A DNA stretch of 64,000 nt. Source: Chlorokybus atmophyticus (taxonomy: Eukaryota > Plantae > Mesostigma and Chlorokybus algae). Position numbers and translations under genes: made by a program. Numbering within the stretch: position 1 is the stretch's first letter; each line of letters opens with the position of its first letter. Shown here one piece after another: positions 25,755 through 38,282 of this stretch. Location: positions 373,819 through 437,818 of the forward strand of contig RHPI01001715.1 in NCBI GenBank assembly GCA_009103225.1, written 5' to 3'. Below the pieces are notes generated by a model. It had not been told where the DNA came from. It searched no databases and saw only the letters and a list, made by a program, of their open reading frames with translations.

Positions 25755-27529
25755 GTCTAGCCTGATAAGCGCGCGTAGCACAATGATCATTGTGCCGTAA
25801 TTGGCTGCGAGCAGTACTGCCTGCAAGTCATACAGCTATGCACTATCGTGCATACCGCAAGCAGTGTGCTGGCAGAAGACAAGTTCAAGCATATCCCATT
25901 GTAGTGTGGTCGTTTGCCACTGGGTGGTGGCGAGATGATACAGTAGATACAGCTGGTGACTTCGTAGGGTTACGAAGGGCCTGCGCGAGTGTTGTATATT
26001 GTCAACATGTACTTATTCACTGTAGCGCCATAGCGGGTGTGGTGTCATGCTCTTTGTTCTCGGTAGTACCTCAGTACTGTAGTTCAGGATGATTTTGACT
26101 AACGATTTTGTCGCAAACTCTGTGACTTATCTCGTCTTGACTAGCCTGGTGAGCGCAGTGCAGGGCACCATATTTGTATACAGGATATGCTTCAATCAGT
26201 TGTATAGATGCAACCAGTACACAAGCGCGAACACATGCAATGATGATCGCATGCAAAACAACTGGGCTACTATGTACTGCAGGTTTCTACTTAGCACGCT
26301 AACTATCCTAGACCTCCCCGTTAGCCATGCATGTCAATGTGAGTTACCTGCCCACACAGGCGCACTGTCAGTTCCGCTCGCAATGGCAACAACAGTGACG
26401 ATGTCAACAGCCAGGACCACTCCCTCTCCCCCTCTCCCGCTGCCTCCCTCGCCACTCTCTCCGCAACATCGTCGTTCTGCTTGCGTGTAGCACCCCACCC
26501 TAACCCTTGCTGTGCACTGCCAACGTCAGCAGTGCACAGCGCAGGGCTGCTGTGGTGCCATTGCTGGTCCGGTGCTGGTTAGGTGCTGGTTAGGTCGCTG
26601 TTGGGGTTAGGTGGTGGGGTTGGGGGTTATATGCACACTCCCCATGTACATACAATGCGAAACGGCAATGTGTTGTACTGTGTCATAAGCCTTGTGTACA
26701 TACGTGTACAGAAAGTACTGGTTTACTACACTATACTGTGGTTGCAGTTGGAGCACTGGAGTGCATGACCACCTGCTTGCACCAAACTTTTTGCGCTACA
26801 TCACAGCATGCACATTCGGCACAAGATGCAACAATAATCTCACTAAGTATATAGCAAATTCCAGCTGTACAAGGGTGATGTCGACATGCTGGTCGAATAC
26901 ATGCATCGTGTTGCTTGCCTCAAAGCAAGTACGCAGTTCTACGTCTTGCATTCACATTTAAGTGTTGTGTCGGCCCTGTGTTAGCAGAATCTGGCCCTGG
27001 GTGGAGCGCTTGCTTCACTTACGCCATGGTAAGCGCTCCATGCAGTGTTGTTGTATACAACCGTAAATGCAATAATAATTGTGACATAGCATCATACACG
27101 CAACAACAATTGTCACGTGCAAGCACACGGTCAGTCACAGCAGTCAGAACACGCTCGACCACCGTGCTGAACTAGTGTTGTAGCTCACCTAGGTCGCCAC
27201 AGTTACTACCAACACTACCGCTCACTCCATTGATCATGCAAGCATGCACATGCACAAGTGTACATAATATGCACGTGATGTATGCAACATGTCAGTGTAA
27301 CCACCTGAGCATGGAGCTGTGTGTAGTAATTCAGCGGAAATAAAGGTGCTCTGTAGCAAGTTTGATTGCCTGTGAACCATAATCTGTGACATAACACCAG
27401 AAGGGCCACCTCACCTCTTTTTCATCCTTGCCAACCTTGAGTGTATCCTATCGATGCAAAACAGTGAAGGTGAAATGCATGGTGCATCAAAACCCGCACA
27501 CTACATGCAGGAGTGGCTTGTTTCATAGA

Positions 27530-28010
27530 TAATGCCATTGTGCATAGAAGCTCACCTTGTACTGATCGCAAGTAAGAATCTTTGTGCGAGAAGTCAAACA
27601 TTGGCGAGCGGACGAATGCCGACACTCCATCCTCGGTTAAAACATATCGCACATGTGCTACGTCTGGCATGTTGTCCAGCGACGCCAATGGTGCATATGC
27701 CTAGCCAAACCTGCGATGGCATTGCAATGTTGCTGCGCCGTGCCATGAAACGCATACTCCGTGCTCATGCTACCATCCCCTCTCACCCTCATGCGCAAAC
27801 TCCGTTGGTAGAAACCCTCGCGGAGGCTCACCTAAATTCTAGCCAAACCTTAAAAAACATTCATGAGCATCCGCTGCTTAGCTGCCTCCACCATCGGTGC
27901 ATTGGCTAACCTCAATGGCAGCAGAGCATATATGCCCGGCTCGTTGAAAATGATCACGATGCCAGGGTTGCACTCGTCCGGTTAGTTACAAAAGCTTTTG
28001 CTGACACGGT
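27530..28010 (-). pseudogene. Decayed ORF segment of unknown family (paralog A)
   Basis: Minus strand gives IVIIFNEPGIYALL...ANAP / LREGF...EYAFHGTAQQHCNAIAG / WRR-LDNMPDVAHV...FVRSPMFD, with stops and frameshifts. It aligns by eye to 30500-30990. Confidence 0.45.
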
Positions 28011-30499
28011 GTGATTGAGCCGTTTGAGATGAACAGATCGACGGCTGCCGTTGGATGCGTTACATGCATAGTTTGCTGCAGGCTCTATACTTGATGAGTT
28101 GGTTCACACATGTAAACTGCCATCTTAGCATGCCATGCAACAAAGTGAGTATCAAGTCCATCATGCAATCACGCCTGCATGGCATCATCCACACCATCCT
28201 CACAAATAGCCGCCTTACACATGCGGCATGTGTTGCAAGCAGCAGCTGCTGTATGACATGTACGCGCTTTCTATCGGTTGGGCCTTGATGCGCTGTGTAA
28301 CAGCTACGCAGCGCATCGAACTGTAACTATGTTATAAAGTGTACAAAACTTGAAGGTGCTAGTACTCACATGCACAAAACGCTTAGCACATGTTCAACAT
28401 CTTCATCATCCATATGCACATCACCTATCACACCGTTATGTGTGACACCTCACTCGCCATACATGCGCAAACCCCGGGGACCACCTTTTCGTTCATTGAA
28501 AAGTGGGCTCTGGCGGTCTGACAAGTATAATGCTTATGGGCGCAACTTCTTGTGTAGATAAGGTGGGCGATTCAGAGAGCAAACAAGAAACAATAACAAC
28601 CGCTTGGAAATGCACTTCAAGCGTTACATAAGGGATGCAATACACCACCAGCCGCTACCAAAGCATACGCACAGCTGCCTACAGTACACATGTGCTCGAC
28701 CTGTTTGAATCTGATGTACACTACCCCAAACACTGCACACACTCCCCCATGTGTTGCCCTACTACTGCGGCCACTCCACGCTAGCAGCACATCCCTATCA
28801 GCAGGGCCACAGCGACAGCTCTACACAATTTGAACCCTCCTTTAGATATATGTGTCACAACAATAATAACAATCAAAGCAGCGAGGGACCAACATCAATT
28901 TGTCCTCCAGTGACCCCCCTGGGGAGAAATTATATCTCCACAGCTCGAAATGGAGACTTAACAAGGAGGACCTAAGTCGGAGAGGGTATGTGCTTGTCAA
29001 TTCTGAGGACGCGCGCAAAGTACAAAAGCACGCAGCTTGCAAGCGAGATAATTGCAAAAACCTTTTACGACGCTGAACGTGTCTAAAGACACTGCTATGT
29101 GATATGTGAGCAAGCATGCCAGTGCGCACATAGTGCGTCTGTGTGACTGCGTGTGCAATTGCACTTCGAAAATTGCATGCATGTCTGCGCATGTGGGTGC
29201 CTGTTTGTATTGATAAACAATGGTGTTTTGTGTGTGTGTGGGTGGGGGGGGGGGGGGGGGGGGGGGGGGGGGNNNNNNNNNNNNNNNNNNNNNNNNNNNN
29301 NNNNNNNNNNNNNNNNNNNNNNNNNNNNNNNNNNNNNNNNNNNNNNNNNNNNNNNNNNNNNNNNNNNNNNNNNNNNNNNNNNNNNNNNNNNNNNNNNNNN
29401 NNNNNNNNNNNNNNNNNNNNNNNNNNNNNNNNNNNNNNNNNNNNNNNNNNNNNNNNNNNNNNNNNNNNNCGCGCGCCTGCGGGTGTTGTGTTCGCACACG
29501 CGTGCGTCCTTGTGTGTGCATGTGGTTGCGCGCGTCTGGGGGCATGTGTGCGTGGGCACGAGTGGATTGGTGAGTTTGTGCGTTGGTGCATGTGTCCGTC
29601 ACAACAAGCGCAAGCAACGCACCTAGCAGAAGCTGCTACGGCACCTTGTCCCTGACCACATGTCTCAGCCTTGAAGCGACGGTGCTATTATTGTAGGCAG
29701 CAGTGTTGCGTATGACACTGGTGTGTAGTTCCGCCCATGTGTGTTGCCATATGGGCGCAACTGGTGAAATCCTAATGACTCTCCAATACATGTCCATTGC
29801 CGCGCGTAAGCAAGTTTGTAAGCGAGAGTGCGAAGACGAAGGTGATGAAGACGAGAAGAAGCAAAACGAAGAGCGGAAGAAAGAAGTTAAAGTAAGTAGT
29901 TTAGCTGAAGCAGCTTGAGGTGCTGCTGCTGGGTGATGTGGAGCGCTTATGTTAGCACAGTCATCTGCGCGCATACACCGTCTTGCATACACTTGAACAA
30001 ATACTACTACCTAGATAACATGTATGCTGGCCAAGGTGATTTGCTTTGTCCAGTATAGACCACTTGCGTACAAGCAATACCTATAACAGCGGCGGTTTGC
30101 CCTGCATTGCCGAGTGATGTAATTGAGTAACTGATAGAGTACGGCTAGGTGGTTGCACTGCTGACACATGTTGCACTTGGGGCAGCTCACATTGAGCTGG
30201 GGCAGCACCCAATAGGCGTACAGAGCAGCAAGAATGCTATACACGCCAATGGGTGTACCATGTGTATAGCGGTACATGTTGGTACCGTTCTTAATGCCTG
30301 CTTAATATTGACATCCCACAAAACCAACAAACTCACTTAAATGCATGTCGCAGGTGGGAACGAAAGATGAGTTAAGGCAGTAATCGGGGAACAATGTGGA
30401 GTTCAGGTGTGACGAAATGTTGCACGATGGTGCCCTCGCATTGCAAGATGAGTTGCTTGTGCACTGTGTCCTATATGTTGTGGTTGTGCCAGCGTGCAC

Positions 30500-30990
30500 A
30501 AAAGCTCACCTGACCACACCAAGTCATAAGTTGGTGTGCGCGAGAACATTGCTTCTCCCTTCACCGTAGCTGCTACACGCAGCACAAGTGCTACATCTGG
30601 CATGTTGTCCATACGGCGCCAAGGGCGCGACTGCCCAACCAAATTGAGCATCAAACCCGCACAGAGCATCGCATTGCTTCATTGTCCCTACAAACGCATG
30701 CTCCTTAACAACATCCCCTCCATTATGCGGAATAACCGCAGGTTGCAACTCACGAAGAGGCTTCTCGAGACGATGTGTACCCCGCATAACTAGTTTGGTC
30801 GGTGCGTTGGCCATCGCTAGCCTTGCAGCGATGCCCTCATCGTTGAAGATGAACACCATGCATGCGCCGTTGCCCTCCTCACCTAGCTAGTAGTACTCAC
30901 AGGCCATTTGCCTGTACAGCTTGATCGTGGCAGGGGACCAGAAAGGCTCCCACTTCATGCTCTCCTCCTCCTCCTCGACCTGAGCAGCAC
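30500..30990 (-). pseudogene. Decayed ORF segment of unknown family (paralog B)
   Basis: Minus strand gives MVFIFNDEGIAARLAMANAP...LRE...EHAFVGTMKQCDALCGF / PWRRMDNMPDVALV...FSRTPTYD; a frameshift separates the two blocks. Confidence 0.45.
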
Positions 30991-31197
30991 TCTTGCGAGG
31001 TGCCGGGGGGCGCCATAACCATTGTGCATGACACGCCGAAGGAAGCCTCCCTAGGCGGAAAACCTGCCGCCCATGAGTACAGCTCCTCGGCTCTTGTCGA
31101 CACCCGTCGCCCCGCCGCCGCCGCCTCCCCCGTAGCAGCCAGCTATATGCACAAGCGCAGGAGACGAGGAGAAGAACGCACATACAACGACGACACA

Positions 31198-31990
31198 TCA
31201 CATGGGTAGAAAGCGCATGGGTCCAAGAATCATCAACACACAACTACTAGGTGTAGGTACAGTAACCTGCCTACTACACCAGTCCGATAAAGTCATGCCC
31301 GCCACATTGCCTAACGCCATATCGTGAGCTGGCCTAGCGTCTCGTGATGGGGCTGCCCGTACAGCACCCGCCGTCAAAGCCAAGATAGCGGATGCCTGAG
31401 AATGCTGCAGGACGACCGAAACACGTTGCCGAATCTGGGCGACCAACCGCTGAATGAAGTGTCTCTCGAACTCGCGTGCATCAGCCACTCGGCGAGCGCA
31501 CAAGGACATCAACGCGATAGCCGGTGCTCCCAGCCAGCCATGAGTCTCATGGATGGCTTTAAAGATGAAGGTGTCGGAATCGGTGTGATCGTGATACTTG
31601 GCCTTCTTCCTGCGCTCCGCTGCCATGGCCCCCGCACCCGGACGTGATTGGCAAGCCGTAACTGTCACATCCAACAGCATGCGACTGTCGCTGCCTGACT
31701 CGCAAGCCACAATGTCCATACGCCTCCCCTGCTGCTCGTGCTCCAACAGTGGCAGTACACCTGTCACCTCACATCTCACGACGTAACCCGCCTCCCGTAA
31801 GATTGCAACGAGGGTGTCGCGAAGAGCGTCATGAGTAGCTATGCGGTGCCCGTCCCGCATGCACATAGACAAGTGAGCATCCCTCGCACTCAGCAGCGGA
31901 TGACCACAGGCGCAGAAACAACTCCTTGGCATGCGCCTGCTCACTGTGTCGAAGCATACGGATTGTTGCATTGGGTTTGGGGGCCCAGTG
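31198..31990 (-). mobile_element. C-terminal CCHC plus restriction-like endonuclease region of a CRE/R2-like non-LTR retrotransposon (5'-truncated, no RT seen)
   Basis: ORF 31198..32052: CACGH...AHLSMC...RIATHDALRDTLVAILREAG...E...RRMDIV...LLDVTV...AAERRKKAKY...HETHGWLG...RQRVSVVLQ, i.e. zinc knuckle, RHD-like motif and PD..D..E..K core. Confidence 0.8.
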
Positions 31991-32659
31991 CGATGAGGAG
32001 GTGCAACAGGAGGAGGAGGATGTCCTTGACGCCCGTCCCACAGCTGAACCAAGCCTACCTTGCAGCAACCTCGGTTGGCCGTTGACTGTGGCTACAAGAA
32101 GACTGGCTTGCCAGTGTTAGTCACGGCTCTAACTGTCAAGGGCCATGCACTAGGTATGACGACGAGCAACAAACGGCAAGAGGACACACGTAGTAGTAAT
32201 CACGTAGAGATGTACGAGACATCGTGTGTACGTGTGTCTCCTCCTCCTGCACTATGCAGGAGGACAACCAAACGGCTGCGTCTTTGATGATGGGTAAGCT
32301 TCCACATGCTCGTGCAGTCAAGCGCAAACAACACCCACATTGCAAAACTGCCACAGACAGTCGTGGATGCGATTGTCCACGACAAAGGTCCACGCGGGCA
32401 TTGCTGCGGCACCAACGTCGGGAATCTGGTGTGTGTATGCGTATGTGTCAGCGTGCGCGTGTCTGCTTGTGGGCGGCGAGCAACACACACGCGCGCACGC
32501 GCACGCGTGCATGCATGCATCGCAGTGCGCTCGTATGTGCGTCGGCGTGTGTATGCGCATTGTTTGCACTGGAAAGCGTGCATGCGTGTGTGTGTGTGTG
32601 TGTCGCCGTGTGTTGTTGGAGTAAAGGTGGTCAGAATAGATCTGTTTACCTGCTTGCAG

Positions 32660-34400
32660 CCTGCGAGGTGGTGAAGCCGCCAGACTGGTTGAGGCTGCCG
32701 GAGGTGGAGCTCACAGAGGGGACATAGAAGGTGCTGACCGCTAACACACTGTAAGTGTGTGCAGTGCACAATCTTCATCGAGTGGAGCAAACATCTACCT
32801 TGTGTAAGCTGGCAAATACACTTCTCTCTGGACGGGTGGCTAATGCACAGGTCATCCGGCGAGGCCTAGCGCCAGATTCAGCTGGACAACAAGATGGAAG
32901 ACGTCCGCTTGAGATAACGTTGTTATGACGATGAGGGTGATGATGGCGGTGATGTTGGTGGTGGTGATGATGTTGGTAGGGGCAGGTTTGACGTGAAGCT
33001 GGCAAGAAAGGTGGAGGGGACGAGGACGACTCCAAGCAGCTGTCAAGCGCGGTTCAACTTGAAGCGAGCAAGCACGGGGCACAGACCCACAACCAATCGA
33101 GTAAGGTGCGTCCCTGTCGCTGTTTTGCACACCTTCACACGTGTGTGTGTGCGCGTCAGCAAGCGTGCATGTGTGTGCGTCCAGGAGCAGATGCCCAGCG
33201 GCGGCAGAGCCGCCACGTCATCCTAAAACAATACCCAGAACGACAACATGACCACAACATAACCATGTAACAGCAGAGACTGCAGCAAGCACTCAAGCTT
33301 GAAGTTTGGCAGCGGCAGCGGCAGCAAGCACGCAAAGCACAGCTAGGAGAGCAGCAACCTGCAAGCGATGCGGGATGGCGCGGGCGGGCAAGGTGATGGA
33401 GCAGATGGTGAACCGGAAGAACTCCCTTCTCGTGCTGTACTTGTTGTAGTGTCCATTGCTCCCCAAGTAACGCCTTCGCAGCCGAGGGGTGCTGGCGTGA
33501 TGTGCCTCGACCTCCACCACCCGCAGCTCCACTGTTCTCGCCACGGGGCTGTACGATGTCACCGTTTGAGTGTACGACGTACGCACCAACTCAACATAAT
33601 GCACCGGCGCCGCCCCATCTTTGTGTTTGGTACGCACAGGCAAACACAAAGACCCTGTCTGTCAGGTACACACCAACTCAACATCATGCACTTGTGCATC
33701 CACGCGCGCGCGCGCACACATGCACAGAGCGGTGCCGCCTGGGCACCCTACTGTTCCACCGTTTTTCACTGCGGTTAGATGATGGCAAGGTCAGCTGCTG
33801 TATATTGAAATGCGCTTGAGAGGGAAGTGTGTATGTGTCTTGCTGTCTTTGCGTATAAGTGTGCGTTTTGCAAGCATGCATGCGTAGACATGTGGACATG
33901 TGCATGTGCATGCGTGCGCATGTGGGCGTGTGCATGTGGGCGTATGCGTGTGTGGCAATACAGGCATAGAGACAGTTTATTGACATCCACGGTGTATTCT
34001 ACTGGAACTGACGGCACTCAACCAGGTTCACGTGTTCGACTTGAATGAGAACAAGCATGAGTCCATGTGCAGGCAGAAGGTTGTGCACAAGGCCAAGTTG
34101 ACAAAGATGTTGTTGAACCCAAAGGTGAGTGTTTTTGGCCGTATGCTGTTGCCACAACTGGCACCCTGGGGGCAACTGTCACAGAGCATACCCCTTGCGC
34201 ATTGTGTGTACAGGATTGCAGCATCTTGACGTGTTGGTTGGCGACAATTGCCGGCGTGTCAAAGCGCTAAAGCTTTTGCCAAATCTGTGCAAGCCAACCA
34301 AGTCGCAGAGCGGATGCATGCTGGCAGAGGTGGTGACCGCGAAGCCATCAACCATATGCTGGAGGAGGCCATTGCGCAGGTGAAACTCTACCAGTTATAC
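32660..34400 (+). pseudogene. DNAI1: Decayed axonemal outer-arm dynein intermediate chain gene (DNAI1 / Chlamydomonas IC78-like)
   Basis: Collinear motifs: VVKPPDWLRLPEVELTEGT*KVLTAN (32670), HFSLDGWLMH (32818), DDSKQL..RFNL..AQTHN (33024), KVMEQMVN (33390), GVMCLD..LATGLYDVTV*VYDVR (33496-33585), AWAPYCSTVF/DDGK|VHVFDLNENKHE...KVVHKAKLTKMLLNPK (33736-34124), VLVGDNCRRVKALKLLPNL (34230). Stops, frameshifts and missing middle WD repeats. Confidence 0.82.
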
Positions 34401-34972
34401 CCAGTGGTAGTGGTTGTACTTGTGCTGCCAATACTGTGTGTCATACGTCGTGTACATCAGCGAGTGCTTTGGCAAATGCACCCGGTTGCCATGATCACCT
34501 TAACCAAACAGACACCATGCCAACCATGCTCTCCTTGCCTGCAAGACTTGTACTTCCGACTAGTATGTCCAACCTGGTTCATGCATAGCTTTGCACCGGA
34601 CCTGCTTGCGCAGGCATACACCAAATGCGAGACAAATCCCTTGCAACAAACAACTGGGCCAGCAGACCTGACATATATTACACCAGTTGGGCGAGGCAAA
34701 AGGGGTTCAATGGTCGGCTTGAAGCATGCCAATCATATGCATGCACTTTATGAGATTGGCCAATCACACAACCAGTACCCGCTGGCGCACGCTCAACGCT
34801 GTTAGAGGGGTGCTTAAAGTAGTTGCTGCTACGCACGTTTTCTGGAACATGCAATGTGTTACTGTAGTACAAAACAACCATTACTCTGTTGCCCTTGCAG
34901 GCGCGCATTTACAGGCAGTTGCAACCTGCAACTGGACTAGTTGGCTTGCAGATGTTGTTGCAGCCTGTGCAG

Positions 34973-36079
34973 TTATGCAAACAGAGGCTGTGGCTTCAAT
35001 GATTTTAGGTCAGGATCCGGCAGAAAGTCCAAATGGTCACTGCACATGCACGGCACGAAATCTTAGACTTCCTGCGCATGACCAGACCCAAATGTGCACC
35101 CATGCATCTGCTTACCGTGCTTTTGCGGCGTGGATTGCTGACTCTGTGGCTGTACGAATATCCTTGATGGAGTTCACAGCCTCTTCAAACTTCAGTTCTT
35201 CCTCTAGTTGCTCCAGTGAAACCGACGCATACCTGAAGTTCAGTGTGATGTGCGAAGAATACCAACAGCGAAGCAAAAGCAGGGACCTCTGTTGACAGCA
35301 TACATGCAATATATATGCTGTATAGCTTCTTGCAATACACGACAGAGCCATAAGATGTGCTCTTTGGCTCGCAGCATGTGGACTCACTTGCTATCCAGAT
35401 CTTTGATCTCATTCAAGAATGAAGCCATGCCCTTGCTGTCAGAGAACTGCAAAGGCTTCCCCAGCGACTGCTCCACCTTGCCCAATGCGGACAGCAACTC
35501 GCGCTCAATGTCATGTGTGTTCACACCAAGTCTGTTATGCACACAGTTATGGCCTATCTGCCTTGAACACATTAGGCAAATGGCGTGTTACGGTGCATAT
35601 CGACTCTTGCATGTCCTGTACATACATGGAGCCAATGGGGCCAGTCTCCAAAATGAAGGTCCTCACGTCCTGTGAGTCCTCCTCTGCAGCATCCAGAAGC
35701 CGCTCCACCCGCTCCCCAAACGAAGGAATACCAACCCTGCATGTGACGTGAGCATACTACGCATGTTGCGCGCATGCCATAACAGGAGAAAGCACACTTA
35801 CTTTGCCTTCAAGTCATCCAGCGCCTTGACGTATGCTTTGACAGCCTTCTCATCAGACGGATCCATGGGCACCTTGATGCTCTGCCTTGCTTTCTCCAGC
35901 TCTAGAAACTGGTTCTGCTGCTCTTTGTACACCGCCAACACGAAATCATCCTCTGCTCCAGCTGCTGCTGCTGCGGACAGGTGGCGATAGGCTGCGTATA
36001 CGGGCTGTGCCTTCACTCCTGACTGCAGCTGCGGCAGAAGGCGCCCCACCGCACCACGGAGGGCACGGGAGAGAGCCAT
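34973..36079 (-). CDS. MGP1: Mitochondrial ATP synthase 24 kDa subunit (FAd), multi-exon
   Basis: Transit-peptide-like MALSRALRG..., then KVPMDPSDEKAVKAYVKALDDLKAK, LSALGKVEQSLGKPLQFSDSKGMASFLNEI, LEEELKFEEAVNSIKDIR and terminal DPDLKSLKPQPLFA*. These are collinear with plant FAd (ITLDPEDPAAVKQYA; EALEKVEKDIKKPLLRSDKKGM; PDVKSL). Confidence 0.82.
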
Positions 36080-36158
36080 GACGACGATCACAGCTCCGCC
36101 TCCACCTTCCCCCTCGCCACCTGCTCCTCAACGACGTCCACCCCCACAGGCGTAAAAC

Positions 36159-36167
36159 AAACCCTAA
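36159..36167 (+). promoter_or_regulatory. Telo-box in the divergent promoter of FAd and the downstream conserved gene
   Basis: aaaccctaa at 36159-36167; a second tagggttt lies at 36782-36789. Confidence 0.45.
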
Positions 36168-36517
36168 TGAAACCAAGCCCTAATGCAAAGCTCAACCCGG
36201 CTCACCAGTTCCGAACGGGCTCTTACGATTCTGGTTTCACGCTCGTGGCTGACGTCTTCAGCAACAACGCTGCCGACAATGCTGCTATAGCATTGAATTC
36301 ATGCGGTGAATCTGATGTGACACGAGTTGCTTGACTCTCAAATCGTAGGCAAGCAAGGGTCAATAATGAGTCAATAAGAGGTGAGGTTCCGCAACAACGC
36401 TACCCACAACGCCTCCCATAGCCACTCAGTTTGTGGCCTGATGTCTTGGCATGGCTTGGCCTGGTCCGGGTTGGCCTGGGCGGTCAGGTCGTCCAGGCGG
36501 TCGGCCTGGCGTGCGTG

Positions 36518-38282
36518 ATGGAGTGCTGCCCGGCGCAAGAGCCGTCGGCGCCGTCGGCACCGCCTTGGTTTGCTAGCGGCGGAGGCGGCACAGGGGGAGG
36601 AGTAGGGTTAGCAGCAGCTGCTGCCGCAGATACGCCTGCCGTTGGACTGCGCTGGCTTGGGCCGAGCCAGCCTGCTTCTCCTGAGCAGGTGCGCAAGCGT
36701 TATTATAGTTGTACGCCAGAGCCTTTACTTGTGCAATTGAGCCTGGCGTTGCGTCGTTATTGCTCCTGCAGAAGCCTTGGCTAGGGTTTCACTGTGCCGC
36801 TGATAGCTGGCTGGCTTCTAAGTTGTTCACATGTGCAATGTTCGATTCCAAACGTCGGATTGGGCAAATTGCACGTTTTGCTGTTCGCAGTTCAGCACAT
36901 AGCGAGCACACCTCCCTTGGTATACAGCGAACACATTGAATCGTCTTGATTGTGACATGTGACATCGTGTCTTCTCGGGGTGACAGCTTGGTTGATTGCA
37001 TTTTAGCTTGTGATCATGCGCAAACGTCGCAGTGCATGTGCAATTACGCACAGCTAGTCGACATTGCTGCTGTCCGTGAGTGACTCATTGGCACTCGGAC
37101 AGGTGTACCGGAGATTGTCTTCTCGTGCGGAGACCCCGCAAGACCATCTGGCACAGGCGCCAACTCTTGGCGTGCCCGTAGAGCGCGCAGAGCCAAGCAC
37201 TCCCCAATGGCTTCCGCCTCCCTCCCGCCGTGGATGGTTGCGGCGCCGCACAGTGGCGACTCCCGCACCCTCGGCTTACAGCCATGAATGCTTCTCAGGT
37301 ATGCCACTGTTGCTGCAGTAGTGCAAGAGTCGTCAGCTCAGAATAACAGCAGCTTGTGCTTGTGTAGATGAGGTGCTGCCAGCGCAACAGCTGGACAGCT
37401 CAGAGTGGTGGGTGCTGGAAGACTTTTACCAACCAGCACAAGGGCTGCAGGACTCCAAACTGCAGGCATGTTAACTTAACTAGGCTGCCTAGCTGCCTTC
37501 TTGCGTGAAATTGTTGTTCTTGCACATGTGCGGGTATGCCGTTACCGCCGTACAGCAAGTGCAACATGTCCAGCATGACATCTCGTCGGTATTATGATAC
37601 TGCCGGATGGGCTTGTTCAGCTCAGTCCACAGCAGTGCTTACTGATTTGACGCATGGTAGTCACCGTGACAATTGCCATGCAGGATTGGCAGGTGGTGCG
37701 GGAATGGGATCGGCGCGAAGCAGAGGAGAATGGCTTTGTTGTTGTAGAGGAGGACGATGTCAGTGATGCAATGGCAGCGTTCATTGCTGCATACCTCTCC
37801 ACAATCCCAGATTATCAGGTCAGTAGCTGTAAAACTGTTATTGATAATCATCTCCAATGGTCGTGGCTAACCTTCATGGCTTGGTTGTCGCAGAAAATGT
37901 CACCGCAAGAGCTTTATAAAGGTCAGTCAGAGACCATTTGCAACATCCTTCTCTTGTTGTGCGGCATGCTTCAGATTGCTATTGTGGTGTAGAGTCCCAC
38001 TGCTGTGTGCTTTGCAGCCCTGGACAACGCTCTTGGGGATGCTAGACCCATGCGATGGTCACAAAGGATGTGGCGCTGGGCAAAGGTTTTGCACCGCTAC
38101 AAGTTCTACACGGATGTTGCTGTGAGGTACTTACAGCTTTTGCTGCCTTTAAATTATGCACTGCTGCTGCAGTACTGGTGTGACTTGATTGTTATGGCAG
38201 TGTGTACACCAATCCCCTGCTGGTGCGAGCAGCAGCAGTGGCAACGTGGATGTGCGTGCGCACGGCTATAAAGCTGCTATGA
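36518..38282 (+). CDS. Conserved plant/streptophyte protein of unknown function, multi-exon
   Basis: Later exons give EENGFVVVEEDDVSDAMAAFIAAYLSTIPDYQKMSPQELYKALDNAL...MWRWAKVLH...GSVYTNPLLVRAAAVATWMCVRTAIKLL*, resembling the plant family motif EDIVDGIACFMAAYL...LSPNQLQEAL...GIYQNPVILRVASKAFW...ISKLL. The 5' exons are tentative. Confidence 0.7.

Noticed and set aside
32200-33650. Minus-strand ORFs (32200..32790, 33293..33649) as a signal-peptide gene
   Set aside because: They are antisense shadows and TG/CA low-complexity translations. The plus strand carries collinear DNAI1 motifs with splice sites.
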